A stretch of DNA of 64,000 bases. It comes from a bacterium. Lineage in GTDB: Bacteria > SAR324 > JACQKK01. The stretch is taken from contig OZ251219.1 in the NCBI GenBank assembly GCA_965240465.1, positions 6,382-70,381 on the forward strand, read 5' to 3'. The position numbers were made by a program, and so were the translations under genes. Positions 1 through 10,160 of this stretch are shown in pieces. Below the pieces are notes generated by a model, which made no database searches, was not told where the DNA came from, and was given only the letters and a program-made list of their open reading frames with translations. Numbering within the stretch: position 1 is the first letter of the stretch; each line of letters opens with the position of its first letter.

Positions 1-716
1 TGAACCTCTGACTTGGCAGTACCCTTTATGTTTTTTGTCTCGCCTGCCAGAGTGGCACTGTCGTTGTAGTAACTAGCAGTTGTAACACCACTGATGTTGC
101 TTCCTACCAAACCACCTACCTTGTCCATCCCGCCATTGCCGTCAACAGCACCACTGGAATAGCTCTTCCCAATAGAGCCATGACGGTAGATCCCATACTG
201 TAACCACCAATTACGCCCCACCAATCCGCCTACCTCATCATCGCCTTCACCACCGCTGACCGCACCACTGGAATAGCCGTTTCTGATACTGCTGGCAGAC
301 CGCCCTATCAATCCACCCACCAGATCATCACCAGCACCACCACCAACAGCAGCTCCACTGGCAGAACTCTTTTGCAACACACCACCATAAGATTCTCCTA
401 TCAATCCACCCACCGAGTCATTACCAGCACCACCACCGACAACACCACTGGCAGAACTGTTGTGCAAATGACCTATATCTACATACCCCACCAGCCCGCC
501 TATAAGATCATTTCCATTCCCACCATTAACAATGCCGCTGGCAGAACTGTTTCCAATGGTACCATGATAAGAGTATCCGATCAGTCCACCAACTAAGCTA
601 TAGCCATTCCCTGAGGTTATTTCTAGGTTGGAAGATACATTATCAACATTGCTATTAGTCTCCATTTCACCAGCCAGGGCACCAATTGGGATGTAACTAA
701 CTGTACTAGTGAATGA
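1..716 (-). pseudogene. GLUG-like repeat surface protein, downstream part (open frame runs off window start; out of frame with the upstream lipoprotein start)
   Basis: Manual translation of the minus strand is open from 716 to 1: ...IGALAGEMETNSNVDNVSS...VGGLIGYSYHGTIGNSSASG...D.VGGLVG repeats, same repeat type as 23265..25427. Confidence 0.7.
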
Positions 717-1044
717 CTATATAATCAACATCTTCTGTGGCTGCATTGGATGCTGTACCAGTAGCAGTTGAATATTCAAAGCTAACACTTTCACCTTTAG
801 CAACTGTTCTGTTTAGCCGTACTACAAAATTGAAATCTATATTTCCAGAATCCCCTTCTGCAAGGGATATATCCGAGAATGCCACTATTGTCAGAGAACC
901 ATTTGCTTTCGCGCTGCTACCGCCAGAACTTACTCCGCTGTTACTACCTCCTCTGCAAGTACTCAGCAACAGAGCCACCAGTAGCAGAGCTACGCTGCGA
1001 AGCGATAAAACAATTATGTTGTTCATGCGAATGCCCTCCTTCAA
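706..1044 (-). pseudogene. Lipoprotein N-terminus with start of a Calx-beta-like domain, truncated
   Basis: Lipobox-like LLSTC; ISLAEGDSG..FNFVVRL...VSFEYSTATGTA...DY resembles Calx-beta; stops immediately before the GLUG frame. Confidence 0.55.
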
Positions 1045-1144
1045 GTCTTAGACAAAGCTTACTGAAGTATTGTCATGGTAGTACCATTATATAATAAATC
1101 CAGTGGTATGTTACAAAATAAGTGCTGGTGATAACTGACATAGC

Positions 1145-2098
1145 TTGTTGAAAGGTGAAATGCGAGACTTATTTCTAGAAAAATTACCAGATGTTTTTCA
1201 TCATTTTACCCGCAAAGATTGGGCGTATTTTGGCAATCAGGGAACCTTGCAGCTCTCAAAACAAGAGCTAGTAAGCCTGAGTGGTCTAGGAGAACCAATT
1301 TCTTTGGATGCGGTATCCGAGGTATATGTTTCTCTATGTCGCCTTATAAATCTTCATATTCAGGCTAGAAAGAATATCCTGCACGCTTCACAGTTCTTTA
1401 TGCCTAAGCACCACGCCAAAATCCCTTTTGTTATCGGGATCGCTGGCAGTGTAGCAGTAGGCAAGAGCACCATTGCTAGAGTACTGAAAACACTCCTTTC
1501 ACGAGGAGAATCTAAGCCTAAAGTCAGTCTTATTCCCACTGATGGCTTTCTTCTTCCCAACGCTGAACTAAAAAAACTAAACCTCATGGAATGTAAGGGA
1601 TTCCCCGAAAGCTATCGGCTTCGCTCACTGTTAAATTTTCTGGCAACCATCAAAGCTGGTAAGCCCTCGCAAGCTCCTGTCTACTCCCATCTCCTTTACG
1701 ATATAATCCCCAAGCAATTTAACAAAATAGTGCAACCAGATATTCTTATCGTAGAAGGACTCAATCTTTTACAAATCCCCCCGCAAAAAAACCCTTCAGT
1801 CTCTGACTTCATTGACTTTTCCATATACGTCCACGCTCAACCCCGTCTGATAGAAACATGGTACTGCCAGCGTTTCTTGAAACTCCTAAGCACAACCTTC
1901 CAAGACCCCTCTTCCTACTTCCACGAATATGTCCAACTCTCTCAAAAAAAAGCCTTCCAAGAGGGAAAACGCATCTGGAAAAACATTAATCTCGTTAACC
2001 TTATTGAAAATATCCATCCCACCATGCAACGTGCCAACCTCATCTTAGAAAAAAGACAGCAACACGTCATCAGCCACATCCACCTCCGTAAGCTCTAA
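1145..2098 (+). CDS. coaA: Type I pantothenate kinase
   Basis: GIAGSVAVGKST Walker A, TDGF, KGFPESY, APVYSHLLYDI, IVEGLN motifs. Confidence 0.95.
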   Translation: MLKGEMRDLFLEKLPDVFHHFTRKDWAYFGNQGTLQLSKQELVSLSGLGEPISLDAVSEVYVSLCRLINLHIQARKNILHASQFFMPKHHAKIPFVIGIAGSVAVGKSTIARVLKTLLSRGESKPKVSLIPTDGFLLPNAELKKLNLMECKGFPESYRLRSLLNFLATIKAGKPSQAPVYSHLLYDIIPKQFNKIVQPDILIVEGLNLLQIPPQKNPSVSDFIDFSIYVHAQPRLIETWYCQRFLKLLSTTFQDPSSYFHEYVQLSQKKAFQEGKRIWKNINLVNLIENIHPTMQRANLILEKRQQHVISHIHLRKL

Positions 2099-2104
2099 TG
2101 CATC

Positions 2105-2135
2105 GCCCAATAAGCACTGCCCAATAAGCACTGCC
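2105..2135. repeat. 14-bp tandem duplication (GCCCAATAAGCACT x2) between convergent genes
   Basis: Seen directly in sequence. Confidence 0.9.
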
Positions 2136-3629
2136 TTAACCTTCATAGGCGGGCAAGCCATATTTCTCAGGACATACAAGGTGATTATCGTTAAAGGCAC
2201 GGGCATAATAAGAGTATCCTTCTGGTATCTTCATATCATCCAGAATTAAGCAGGCACTTTTAGCTAAAACTAATTCTTCAATATCTTCGTCAATGCTAGC
2301 AACGCGGGGTTTAACTGGAGACACATATCGGGTAGGTGAATTAATTTTTGCTAAAAAGATGCTCCCCGCAAAACCGTAGACCAGAGGTTGAACAGCAATC
2401 CCTTTTTCCCTTAGTGGCTTAAGAGCTCTTAAAAACCGATGCCTATCTGAGTCCGACAAGTTGTAGCCATCTTTAATCACTTTGGTATAATTATTTTCTA
2501 CATGATGAAATGAAATTTGAAAGCAAATTATAGCAATAATAAACGCAATGGTGGGTCTATAAGACATCCACTGGTTAAGAGGCAATATCTTCTTCTTAGG
2601 CATACCAATAAACAATGCTAGGGTAGCTAGGCTCGCTAGTCCAACCAGAGAATAATGTCCATAACCGTTACCGCTGATAGTTGCAAAAAGAATGTCTGTC
2701 CCAAATATCAGTAAAAGTATCTGTGTTAATGGTTGGCGAAATCCTTGGAAAGATCTTAATCCGCCTGTAACATGAAAAATAAGAGCTAATGATAAAGGAC
2801 TTCTAAGAATAATTTTTAAGTTGTGAAACACCCCATCAATTCTTTTTTCTATTCCGATGTAAGACGTGTATTGCAGATTGTATTGTACGTATGTTTTCCA
2901 AAGTTCATGAAGATACCCATTAACGTACGCATGAAGTAAAAAACTTCCCACCACAGCAAAGAAACAAGCTGTAGTGGCTAAAGCAGCCATTAGGACGGAG
3001 CGGTATCCAGAATGTTTGAATGCCTGTACTAATAGAATTACAAATAGGATAAAACAACCTCCCCCATTGTTAATACGGGTGGTTACTGCCACACCACCAG
3101 CTACTCCTAGCAAAACAGCAGTGGTGATTAATAAAGAAAGTGAATCTTTATTTCCGTACCATAAACAATAGTAGCAATATCCCAGTAACTGAAGCGGGAA
3201 TATCCAGCTCTCAGTCAAGTTTCCTCCTTGGAAAAGCAACAGGTAACTGGAGACTATAAGGAGCAATAGCAGGGAATGACCCCACTTATAAGCACTTTTT
3301 GGAGCTAGCTTTAATGCCCATAATAAGGCAGTGATGGTTAACAATGATTCCAACATAATAACTCCCCATGCCTCATTTCCAGATATAAGCAATCCCCAAG
3401 CATTAAGATAGAAAAGCAAAGGTCCCTTGTGATCCCAGATATCTATGTACGGCAAGCCTCCTGTATTAATCACCCAGCCAGCATGCATAAAAATGCCTGA
3501 ATCCCAGATGACCACCATGCTAGCTAATACTCCTAAAAAAGGAAGCGTGACTATCAGCAAATTCACCAAACTCGGGATCGCTACATATTTTTTGTACTTA
3601 AACATGCTTATTTTCTTCTTCAATAACAA
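2136..3629 (-). CDS. Polytopic membrane protein, GT-C (ArnT/PMT-like) glycosyltransferase, copy 1
   Basis: DSGIF...LPYIDIWDHKGPLL motif, GNLTE, about 10 TM segments. Confidence 0.7.
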   Translation of the reverse strand: MLLKKKISMFKYKKYVAIPSLVNLLIVTLPFLGVLASMVVIWDSGIFMHAGWVINTGGLPYIDIWDHKGPLLFYLNAWGLLISGNEAWGVIMLESLLTITALLWALKLAPKSAYKWGHSLLLLLIVSSYLLLFQGGNLTESWIFPLQLLGYCYYCLWYGNKDSLSLLITTAVLLGVAGGVAVTTRINNGGGCFILFVILLVQAFKHSGYRSVLMAALATTACFFAVVGSFLLHAYVNGYLHELWKTYVQYNLQYTSYIGIEKRIDGVFHNLKIILRSPLSLALIFHVTGGLRSFQGFRQPLTQILLLIFGTDILFATISGNGYGHYSLVGLASLATLALFIGMPKKKILPLNQWMSYRPTIAFIIAIICFQISFHHVENNYTKVIKDGYNLSDSDRHRFLRALKPLREKGIAVQPLVYGFAGSIFLAKINSPTRYVSPVKPRVASIDEDIEELVLAKSACLILDDMKIPEGYSYYARAFNDNHLVCPEKYGLPAYEG

Positions 3630-3647
3630 TTATTTATGAACATTACC

Positions 3648-5120
3648 TCAACCCTTATAGGCGGGCAAGCCATATTTCTCAGGACATACAAGGTGATTAT
3701 CGTTAAAGGCACGGGCATAATAAGAGTATCCTTCTGGTATCTTCATATCATCCAGAATTAAGCAGGCACTTTTAGCCAAAATTAACTCTTCAATATCTTT
3801 GTCAATGCTAGCAATGCGGGGTCTATATGGGTAAAACACGTATCGGGTAGGTGAATTAATTTTTGCTAAAAAGATAGTCCCCGCAAAATCGTAGACCAGA
3901 GGTTGAACAGCAATCCCTTTTTCCTTTAGTGGCTTAAGAGCTTCTAAAAATCGGTGCCTATCTGAGTCTGGCAAGTTGTAGCCATCTTTAATCACTTTGG
4001 TATAATTATTTTCTACATAATGAAATGAAATTTGAAAGCAAATTATAGCAATAATAAACGCAATGGTGGGTCTATAAGACATCCACTGATTAGGAGGCAA
4101 TATCTTCTTCTTAGGCATACCAATAAACAATGCTAGGGTAGCTAGGCTCGCTAGTCCAACCAGAGAATAATGTCCATAACCATACCCACTGATAGTTGCA
4201 AAAAGAATATCTGTCCCAAATATCAGTAAAAGTATCTGTGTTAATGGTTGGCGAAATCCTTGGAAAGATCTTAATCCGCCTGTAACATGAAAAATAAGAG
4301 CTAATGATAAAGGACTTCTAAGAATTATTTTTAAGTTATAAAACACCTCATCAATTCTTTTTTCTATTCCACTGTAAGACGTGTATTGCAGATTGTATTG
4401 TACGTATGTTTTCCAAAGTTCATGAAGATACCCATTAACGTACGCATGAAGTAAAAAACTTCCCACCACAGCAAAGAAACAAGCTGTAGTGGCTAAAGCA
4501 GCCATTAGGACGGAGCGGTATCCAGAATGTTTGAATGCCTGTACTAATAGAATTACAAATAGGATAAAACAACCTCCCCCATTGTTAATACGGGTGGTTA
4601 CTGCCACACCACCAGCTACTCCTAGCAAAACAGCAGTGGTGATTAATAAAGAAAGTGAATCTTTCTTTCCGTACCATAAACAGTAGTAGCAATATCCCAG
4701 TAACTGAAGCGGGAATATCCAGCTCTCAGTAAAATTTCCCCCTTGGAAAAGCAATAGATAACTGGAGATGATAAGGAGCAATAGCAGGGAATGACCCCAC
4801 TTATAAGCACTTTTTGGAGCTAGCTTTAATGCCCATAATAAGGCAGTGATGGTTAACAACGCTTCCAGCACAATAACCCCCCAAGCTTCATTTTCAGATA
4901 TAAGCAATCCCCAAGCATTAAGATAGAAAAGCAAAGGTCCCTTGTGATCCCAGATATCTACATACGGCAAGCCTCCTGTATTGATCACCCAGCCAGCATG
5001 CATAAAAACGCCTGAGTCTGTGCCAATTGGTAGGCTAAGTAATATTCCTAAGAAAGGGAGCGTGAGTATCAGCAAATTTACCAAATTTGTGATTGCTACA
5101 CCTTTTCTGTACTCAAGCAT
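3648..5120 (-). CDS. Polytopic membrane protein, GT-C (ArnT/PMT-like) glycosyltransferase, copy 2
   Basis: Near-identical tandem paralog of 2136..3629; same WDHKGPLL motif. Confidence 0.7.
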   Translation of the reverse strand: MLEYRKGVAITNLVNLLILTLPFLGILLSLPIGTDSGVFMHAGWVINTGGLPYVDIWDHKGPLLFYLNAWGLLISENEAWGVIVLEALLTITALLWALKLAPKSAYKWGHSLLLLLIISSYLLLFQGGNFTESWIFPLQLLGYCYYCLWYGKKDSLSLLITTAVLLGVAGGVAVTTRINNGGGCFILFVILLVQAFKHSGYRSVLMAALATTACFFAVVGSFLLHAYVNGYLHELWKTYVQYNLQYTSYSGIEKRIDEVFYNLKIILRSPLSLALIFHVTGGLRSFQGFRQPLTQILLLIFGTDILFATISGYGYGHYSLVGLASLATLALFIGMPKKKILPPNQWMSYRPTIAFIIAIICFQISFHYVENNYTKVIKDGYNLPDSDRHRFLEALKPLKEKGIAVQPLVYDFAGTIFLAKINSPTRYVFYPYRPRIASIDKDIEELILAKSACLILDDMKIPEGYSYYARAFNDNHLVCPEKYGLPAYKG

Positions 5121-5122
5121 GC

Positions 5123-7246
5123 TTAGAATTTGCTTTGTTTGTTGAGTAGTTTGAAAATACGTTTTTGGATGAATACTTCCAACATGTTTTTATCAATGTG
5201 ATTTTGGAAGGCTTCTTCTTGGAGTATTTGGATGGCCTTTTCAGGAGGGAGTGCCTTTTTGTATGGTCGGTCTAGGGCAGTGAGGGCGTCAAATATATCC
5301 ACGACTGTCATTATTTTGGCTTGAACGGGGATTTCTTTAGCTACCAGTTTTCTTGGGTATCCAGTGCCATCAAGTTTTTCGTGGTGGGCGTGGGCGATAT
5401 CGGGAACGAATTTGAGTTCTGGGGTCCAGGGAATTTTGCTAAGGAAGCTATAAGTGTGGGAGACATGCGATTCTATTTCTTGGCGATCTTTTTCAGTAAG
5501 AGAGCCTCTGGGGATTTTGAAGCTAGATAGCTCTTTTTCAGAAATGAAAGGGATAGCCTCTCCCTTCAGATTAGTGAAGAATTTTTGGCGTAGTTCCATC
5601 AATAGCTTTAGATCTTCATCGGAGAGTTCAGTGGGTTCATTGCAGCGTGCCAGCAGGACCGAAATGTTATCTATCTCTGCCATGGACTGCTTGAGTTCTT
5701 GCTGAGCCTTTTTGATGATAGCTGGGGTTACTTGGTTACCATTTTTTGTCAATTGCAGTTGTTTTTGAGTATTTTGCAAGGTGATCAGGGTTCGGATATA
5801 TTCCAAGCGGTCAAACATCCGTTGATATTGGTGAGGATAGAGCTTCTTAGCCTTGACGAGAACATGCTCGCGAACACCGATCTTGCCAAAGTCATGGAGC
5901 AAAGCCGCGTAACGGATTTCTTCTAGTTGTTCCTTAGAATAATTTATGTTGCGGAATTCCTTATGAGTATTCAGCTGGCTGATTTCCTCAGCTAACCCAA
6001 CGGTAAGGATCGCGACCCGATAAGAATGACCAGAAGTAGTTGGGTCCCGAGATTCAATTGCCTGAGCACTAGCGTTGATGAAGCCCTCAAATAATTTACG
6101 GATGCTGTTGATAAGCTTGGCATTTTGTAATGCAATGGAAGCCTGACTAGCTACTGATATCATCCAGCCTTCTTCTCTTTTAGAAAAAGGAGCAACAAAT
6201 TTTTCAAATTCTTTGGGTTTGTCTAATAAGGCGTTCTGTTTGGTCTTGTGATTGATCAGCTGAATAACACCAATGGTTTGTCCATGCGTGTTCAACATGG
6301 GGACAGTCAGCATTGACTTAGTACGGTAGCCTATGGACTTATCAAAATCTCGTCCTCCCCAAGAATAGCCCGCCTTAGTACCGATCTTATAAACATCGTC
6401 TATCCTCAAGGGCTTTTGTGTGATCGCCACTCGTCCATAGATGGTCTTCATGCTAACATCCAGTGTGAACGCACTAAAAGGCACCTTATGAGAGTCGTTT
6501 TGGGCTACCTGAAAACGCATGCGTTTATTGGCCAGCCAGTCATTAGGATCTTCCTTTTTGTCGGGATCTACCTCAATCAGGTAGAGCGAACCTGCATCGG
6601 CAAAGGTCAAGTCTCGGCAGCGTTTTACAATCAATTCCAGCAGACGGTCTAGGTCTCGCTCGGTGGAGAGTGCCTTGCCGATCTGGTTGAGCATGTTTAG
6701 GGTTTCATTATCTGAAAGAGTCTGACGCTTCAAGACATTGGTTTCAGATGCTTTTGAAAGTGCTTGTATCTCACGCCTTATTTTGAACAACAAAAACTTT
6801 ATCGGAATACCTTCTCTGACGGTATCCACCATCAAATTATCACATTTCTCTAGATGCTGTATGTTTTCTATCCCCAAAATCATGCGGCCGCGTTTAGGGA
6901 AATTCTTTGGAAACGTGCCTATCTCGCTAACAACATCTTTAGAATTGATAAAAGCCACCACTTGCTCTTCATGCACCCTTTTGATCAAAGCGGGAGATAC
7001 CTCATCATAAAAAATGATGTTGTCGTGTTCTAAATCTTGCGGTTCCAGCCGCTGATAATCCTTCTTAAAGGAGCTAGGCAGCAACACCTCAAAGACTAGC
7101 TTTGAGGATGAATTAGCAACTCGCTTTTTGCTTGACGCAGTGGCAGTCTTGGCTACCGCCTTTTGCTTCGCTTTTTTAGTAGTATCTTTCACAGTATCTT
7201 TCACAGTATCTTTCACAACATCCCTCACAGCGTCTCTCACAGCCAT
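5123..7246 (-). CDS. GAF + HD-GYP cyclic-dinucleotide phosphodiesterase
   Basis: GAF (ADAGSLY..., GYRTKSMLTVPM, GVIQLIN); GHSYRV, LHDFGKIG, HHEKLDGTGYP, DIFDALTA.DRPYK. Confidence 0.9.
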   Translation of the reverse strand: MAVRDAVRDVVKDTVKDTVKDTTKKAKQKAVAKTATASSKKRVANSSSKLVFEVLLPSSFKKDYQRLEPQDLEHDNIIFYDEVSPALIKRVHEEQVVAFINSKDVVSEIGTFPKNFPKRGRMILGIENIQHLEKCDNLMVDTVREGIPIKFLLFKIRREIQALSKASETNVLKRQTLSDNETLNMLNQIGKALSTERDLDRLLELIVKRCRDLTFADAGSLYLIEVDPDKKEDPNDWLANKRMRFQVAQNDSHKVPFSAFTLDVSMKTIYGRVAITQKPLRIDDVYKIGTKAGYSWGGRDFDKSIGYRTKSMLTVPMLNTHGQTIGVIQLINHKTKQNALLDKPKEFEKFVAPFSKREEGWMISVASQASIALQNAKLINSIRKLFEGFINASAQAIESRDPTTSGHSYRVAILTVGLAEEISQLNTHKEFRNINYSKEQLEEIRYAALLHDFGKIGVREHVLVKAKKLYPHQYQRMFDRLEYIRTLITLQNTQKQLQLTKNGNQVTPAIIKKAQQELKQSMAEIDNISVLLARCNEPTELSDEDLKLLMELRQKFFTNLKGEAIPFISEKELSSFKIPRGSLTEKDRQEIESHVSHTYSFLSKIPWTPELKFVPDIAHAHHEKLDGTGYPRKLVAKEIPVQAKIMTVVDIFDALTALDRPYKKALPPEKAIQILQEEAFQNHIDKNMLEVFIQKRIFKLLNKQSKF

Positions 7247-7289
7247 CTCTCACAACATCTCTCACAGCCATCTCTCACAACATCTCTCA
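7181..7289. repeat. Degenerating 12-13 bp tandem array (TTTCACAGTATC grading to CATCTCTCACAG/A) spanning the HD-GYP start
   Basis: Seen in sequence; encodes MAVRDAVRDVVKDTVKDTVKDT. Confidence 0.85.
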
Positions 7290-7491
7290 TTTTTGCACCC
7301 AGTACTTAGCCCAATTAGCCTATCTATATTAAGGCCGCAAATATGACGCCACTTGTGATTATAACATGCTTAAATTGGGTTATATTATATCGGTCATCAA
7401 TTCCAGGATCTCGCAAGATGCTTGCAAGATGCCTGCAAAAACAAGCCTTTTACCAGATTTTTTTCGTTAAACTTGCATCACTAGATTCTCA

Positions 7492-8403
7492 ATGAACAAA
7501 CTCTCCACCGCCGAACAAACTAACACGCCACCAAAAACAGGGAGTATAGCCTCCAAATATCATTCCTCTGTTGATTCTACCACTAAATCCATCGGTTTTT
7601 CCTTCACTCCCGCAACTGCTTCTACCATCACCTTTGGAACTTGGAACGTTAATTCTCTGCGAGCTAGAATGGAACACGTCCGCAGATTCCTAATAGAACA
7701 CGCCCCCGATGTACTTTGTCTCCAAGAAACAAAACTACCAGACGAATTGTTTCCTCAGTCAACATTTGAAGAATTGGGCTATCATGCGGTCTGGTGGGGA
7801 GAAAAAAGCTACAATGGAGTAGCTATTCTCTCAAAGCATCCCATCACCAACACCAATAGGGAGCTTGATAATAAACAATCACGCTTAATTTCCAGTACCA
7901 TTAAGGGTATTCGGGTTATCAATGGCTATTTTCCTCAAGGACGCAACATCGCTAGCGAGCATTTTGCTTACAAGCTCAGTTTCTATAAGCAGCTACGAGA
8001 AACACTAGAGAGAAACCATCAACCCTCCCAAGCCATGCTGCTGGCAGGTGATTTTAACATCGCCCCAGAGCCTCGCGATGTTTATGACCCTCGGGCAATG
8101 GAAAATAAAATATCATTTCACCCCCAAGAAAGAGAAGTTTTAGCACAACTTAGCAACTGGGGATGGCAAGATGCCTTCCGTTTGCTACATCAGGAAAAAG
8201 GACACCACACTTGGTGGGATTTTCGCACCGCCGCCTGGGAAAAAGGACACGGACTCCGCTTAGACCACATCTGGCTTACTAAACCACTCGCTCAACAGCT
8301 GCTAAACTGCTGGATAGAAACCCAAGAACGAACCCGCTTCAAACCCTCTGACCATGTTCCCGTGCTGGCTGAAATTAAATACCCTCCGACAGCTTCACAG
8401 TAG
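7492..8403 (+). CDS. xth: Exodeoxyribonuclease III
   Basis: TWNVNSLRAR, LQETK, YNGVAI, GDFNIAP, TWWDFR, GLRLDH, SDHVPV. Confidence 0.95.
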   Translation: MNKLSTAEQTNTPPKTGSIASKYHSSVDSTTKSIGFSFTPATASTITFGTWNVNSLRARMEHVRRFLIEHAPDVLCLQETKLPDELFPQSTFEELGYHAVWWGEKSYNGVAILSKHPITNTNRELDNKQSRLISSTIKGIRVINGYFPQGRNIASEHFAYKLSFYKQLRETLERNHQPSQAMLLAGDFNIAPEPRDVYDPRAMENKISFHPQEREVLAQLSNWGWQDAFRLLHQEKGHHTWWDFRTAAWEKGHGLRLDHIWLTKPLAQQLLNCWIETQERTRFKPSDHVPVLAEIKYPPTASQ

Positions 8404-8406
8404 CAT

Positions 8407-9381
8407 TTGTTCTATCATAGCTATGGATTCCTTATCTTTATGGTATTTCCCTTGCCTTCTTCTCCTCCCCTATTAAGCGATCCCGAACTAGCTACTCTAC
8501 TCGGAGACACCCCCGCTCCCATTCCCAGTAATGCTAACTGGCCAATGCTGGATGCCCTACATCATCGGACCGCATTGCTGCTGGGAAAACGCCTCAAGGT
8601 GCGTTTTAGTCCTAAGCTTTCGGCAAGGGCCTATTCTACCCAATCTTCTCATGACTTGAAAAATCTAGGACTTACCGTACTTCTACAATTGCACTCCCCC
8701 AAAAAAAAGCCCCTGCCACTCGCCTTCACCCTAGATAAACACGCCGCCCACCTCGTAGCAGATCTCCTATTAGGAGGAATCGGACCAGCGAACCTCAAAC
8801 CACACTTCTCCAACATTGAAAAACGAATGCTCGTCCGACTGTCAGATGCTCTCATCGCAGCTATCCAGCTAGCCCTGCAGCCTATCTTACCCACCCGAGC
8901 AATAATCACCCACTGGCTACCACACCAAAACCCCCTCCCACAACTGACGCAACAACCTCTCCTCTCCGCTATGATCAAAATCGGCACTACTGAGGCTTGC
9001 ACTCCGATTCACATCCATTGGCCAACCTCAAACATCTACTCACTCTGGCCGCAAGCAATACCCACTACTACTCCATTAACCTCAATCCCGACTTCTGACC
9101 AGTCATCTGCTGAATTATTTTCAGAAAAAACATCACCTAAGCACCTCTCTCAGCACCTCTCTCAGCACCTCTCTCACAACAGGGTGCGTGTCGCAACGGA
9201 GCTGGGAAATACCTCCATGCCCCTAGGAAAATTCCTGCAACTCAAGCTCGGGGATACCATTACCCTTGATCAATCTGTTGATCAGCCCTTAAAAGTACTT
9301 ATAGAAGGAATCCCTTTCTTCCAAGCTTCCCGTAGTCAGCAACAGGGACAAGAAGCTTTCATCTTAAAGGGAAGCATATGA
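8407..9381 (+). CDS. Divergent FliM-like protein with C-terminal FliM/FliN (SpoA) domain
   Basis: VADLLLGG...FSNIEKRML and VATELGNTSMPLGKFLQLKLGDTITLD...LKVLIEGIPFF. Confidence 0.65.
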   Translation: MFYHSYGFLIFMVFPLPSSPPLLSDPELATLLGDTPAPIPSNANWPMLDALHHRTALLLGKRLKVRFSPKLSARAYSTQSSHDLKNLGLTVLLQLHSPKKKPLPLAFTLDKHAAHLVADLLLGGIGPANLKPHFSNIEKRMLVRLSDALIAAIQLALQPILPTRAIITHWLPHQNPLPQLTQQPLLSAMIKIGTTEACTPIHIHWPTSNIYSLWPQAIPTTTPLTSIPTSDQSSAELFSEKTSPKHLSQHLSQHLSHNRVRVATELGNTSMPLGKFLQLKLGDTITLDQSVDQPLKVLIEGIPFFQASRSQQQGQEAFILKGSI

Positions 9382-9507
9382 GGGTGTAATTGGTTGATAT
9401 GATAAACCCCAAGCTTACTACAAAATAGGAAACCATAAGCTTTACTACACATAATTCATGTGTATAATTACAACGGGTATCGCCTTGTTGTTTGTAATTT
9501 ATTTTTT

Positions 9508-9771
9508 CTACCAATTAGGAATTTTGCTTTTCATTTTGGGTTTTTTACGTAACCTCCTTAAAAATTCTTCCTCAGAAATGCTCAAATTCTTGATGATATT
9601 TTTCACCTTTGATGGTGGAACTCTTATAGAGTGATACCTTAGTAAAATAGGCCTCTCACCATGTTTGTCAAAACAATAACTGGATTTATCAATTCTCCCT
9701 CTAGCAGAAAAACCACAGCTAATAATAACCCTTTCTATTTCTTTGGCTTTTATCCCAGATAATCTTGCCAT
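9508..9771 (-). CDS. HicA-like toxin
   Basis: Size and pattern (LSGIKAKEIERVIISCGF...PPSKVKNIIKNLSISEEEFL); usual GSH His not evident. Confidence 0.55.
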   Translation of the reverse strand: MARLSGIKAKEIERVIISCGFSARGRIDKSSYCFDKHGERPILLRYHSIRVPPSKVKNIIKNLSISEEEFLRRLRKKPKMKSKIPNW

Positions 9772-10160
9772 TAAATATGAGCCCTTCCGTCAGCACGAAC
9801 CCTGTCAATAATAGGAGCCATAGGGATTTTTTCTATTTCGGCTTGATTCTCTGTTTTTTCTGGAATGTAAGGTGGAGGGCTAATTTCTTTCCCTTTCCTT
9901 TCCCAGCCCAAAGATTCCAAAACAAAATCAAGTTTTTCCAGTTCAATGCATGTTACTAGAAAAAGATATAGATCTTCTGTGAAGTTTTTTATCGCCTCTT
10001 CTTTTGTTTCGCCATAAGACACCAAGTCAAAAGCCTCGCTTTTAACTATAGTAGCATCTTCCTCTTTATAAATAGACACCTTCAACTCTTTGATGGCTAT
10101 ATTTGGTGGAATGTTTTTTGTTTTTTCGAAGACTACTTCTGTGCTGCTCATTTTTTTCAC
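9771..10160 (-). CDS. HicB-like antitoxin
   Basis: YKEED..IVKSEAFDLVSYGETKEEAIKNFTEDL is a HicB N-terminal motif; stop overlaps start of partner. Confidence 0.65.
   Translation of the reverse strand: MKKMSSTEVVFEKTKNIPPNIAIKELKVSIYKEEDATIVKSEAFDLVSYGETKEEAIKNFTEDLYLFLVTCIELEKLDFVLESLGWERKGKEISPPPYIPEKTENQAEIEKIPMAPIIDRVRADGRAHI

Noticed and set aside
372-596. Short plus-strand ORFs here and many other 60-150 aa ORFs antisense to core genes
   Set aside because: Shadows of longer genes with recognisable motifs on the opposite strand
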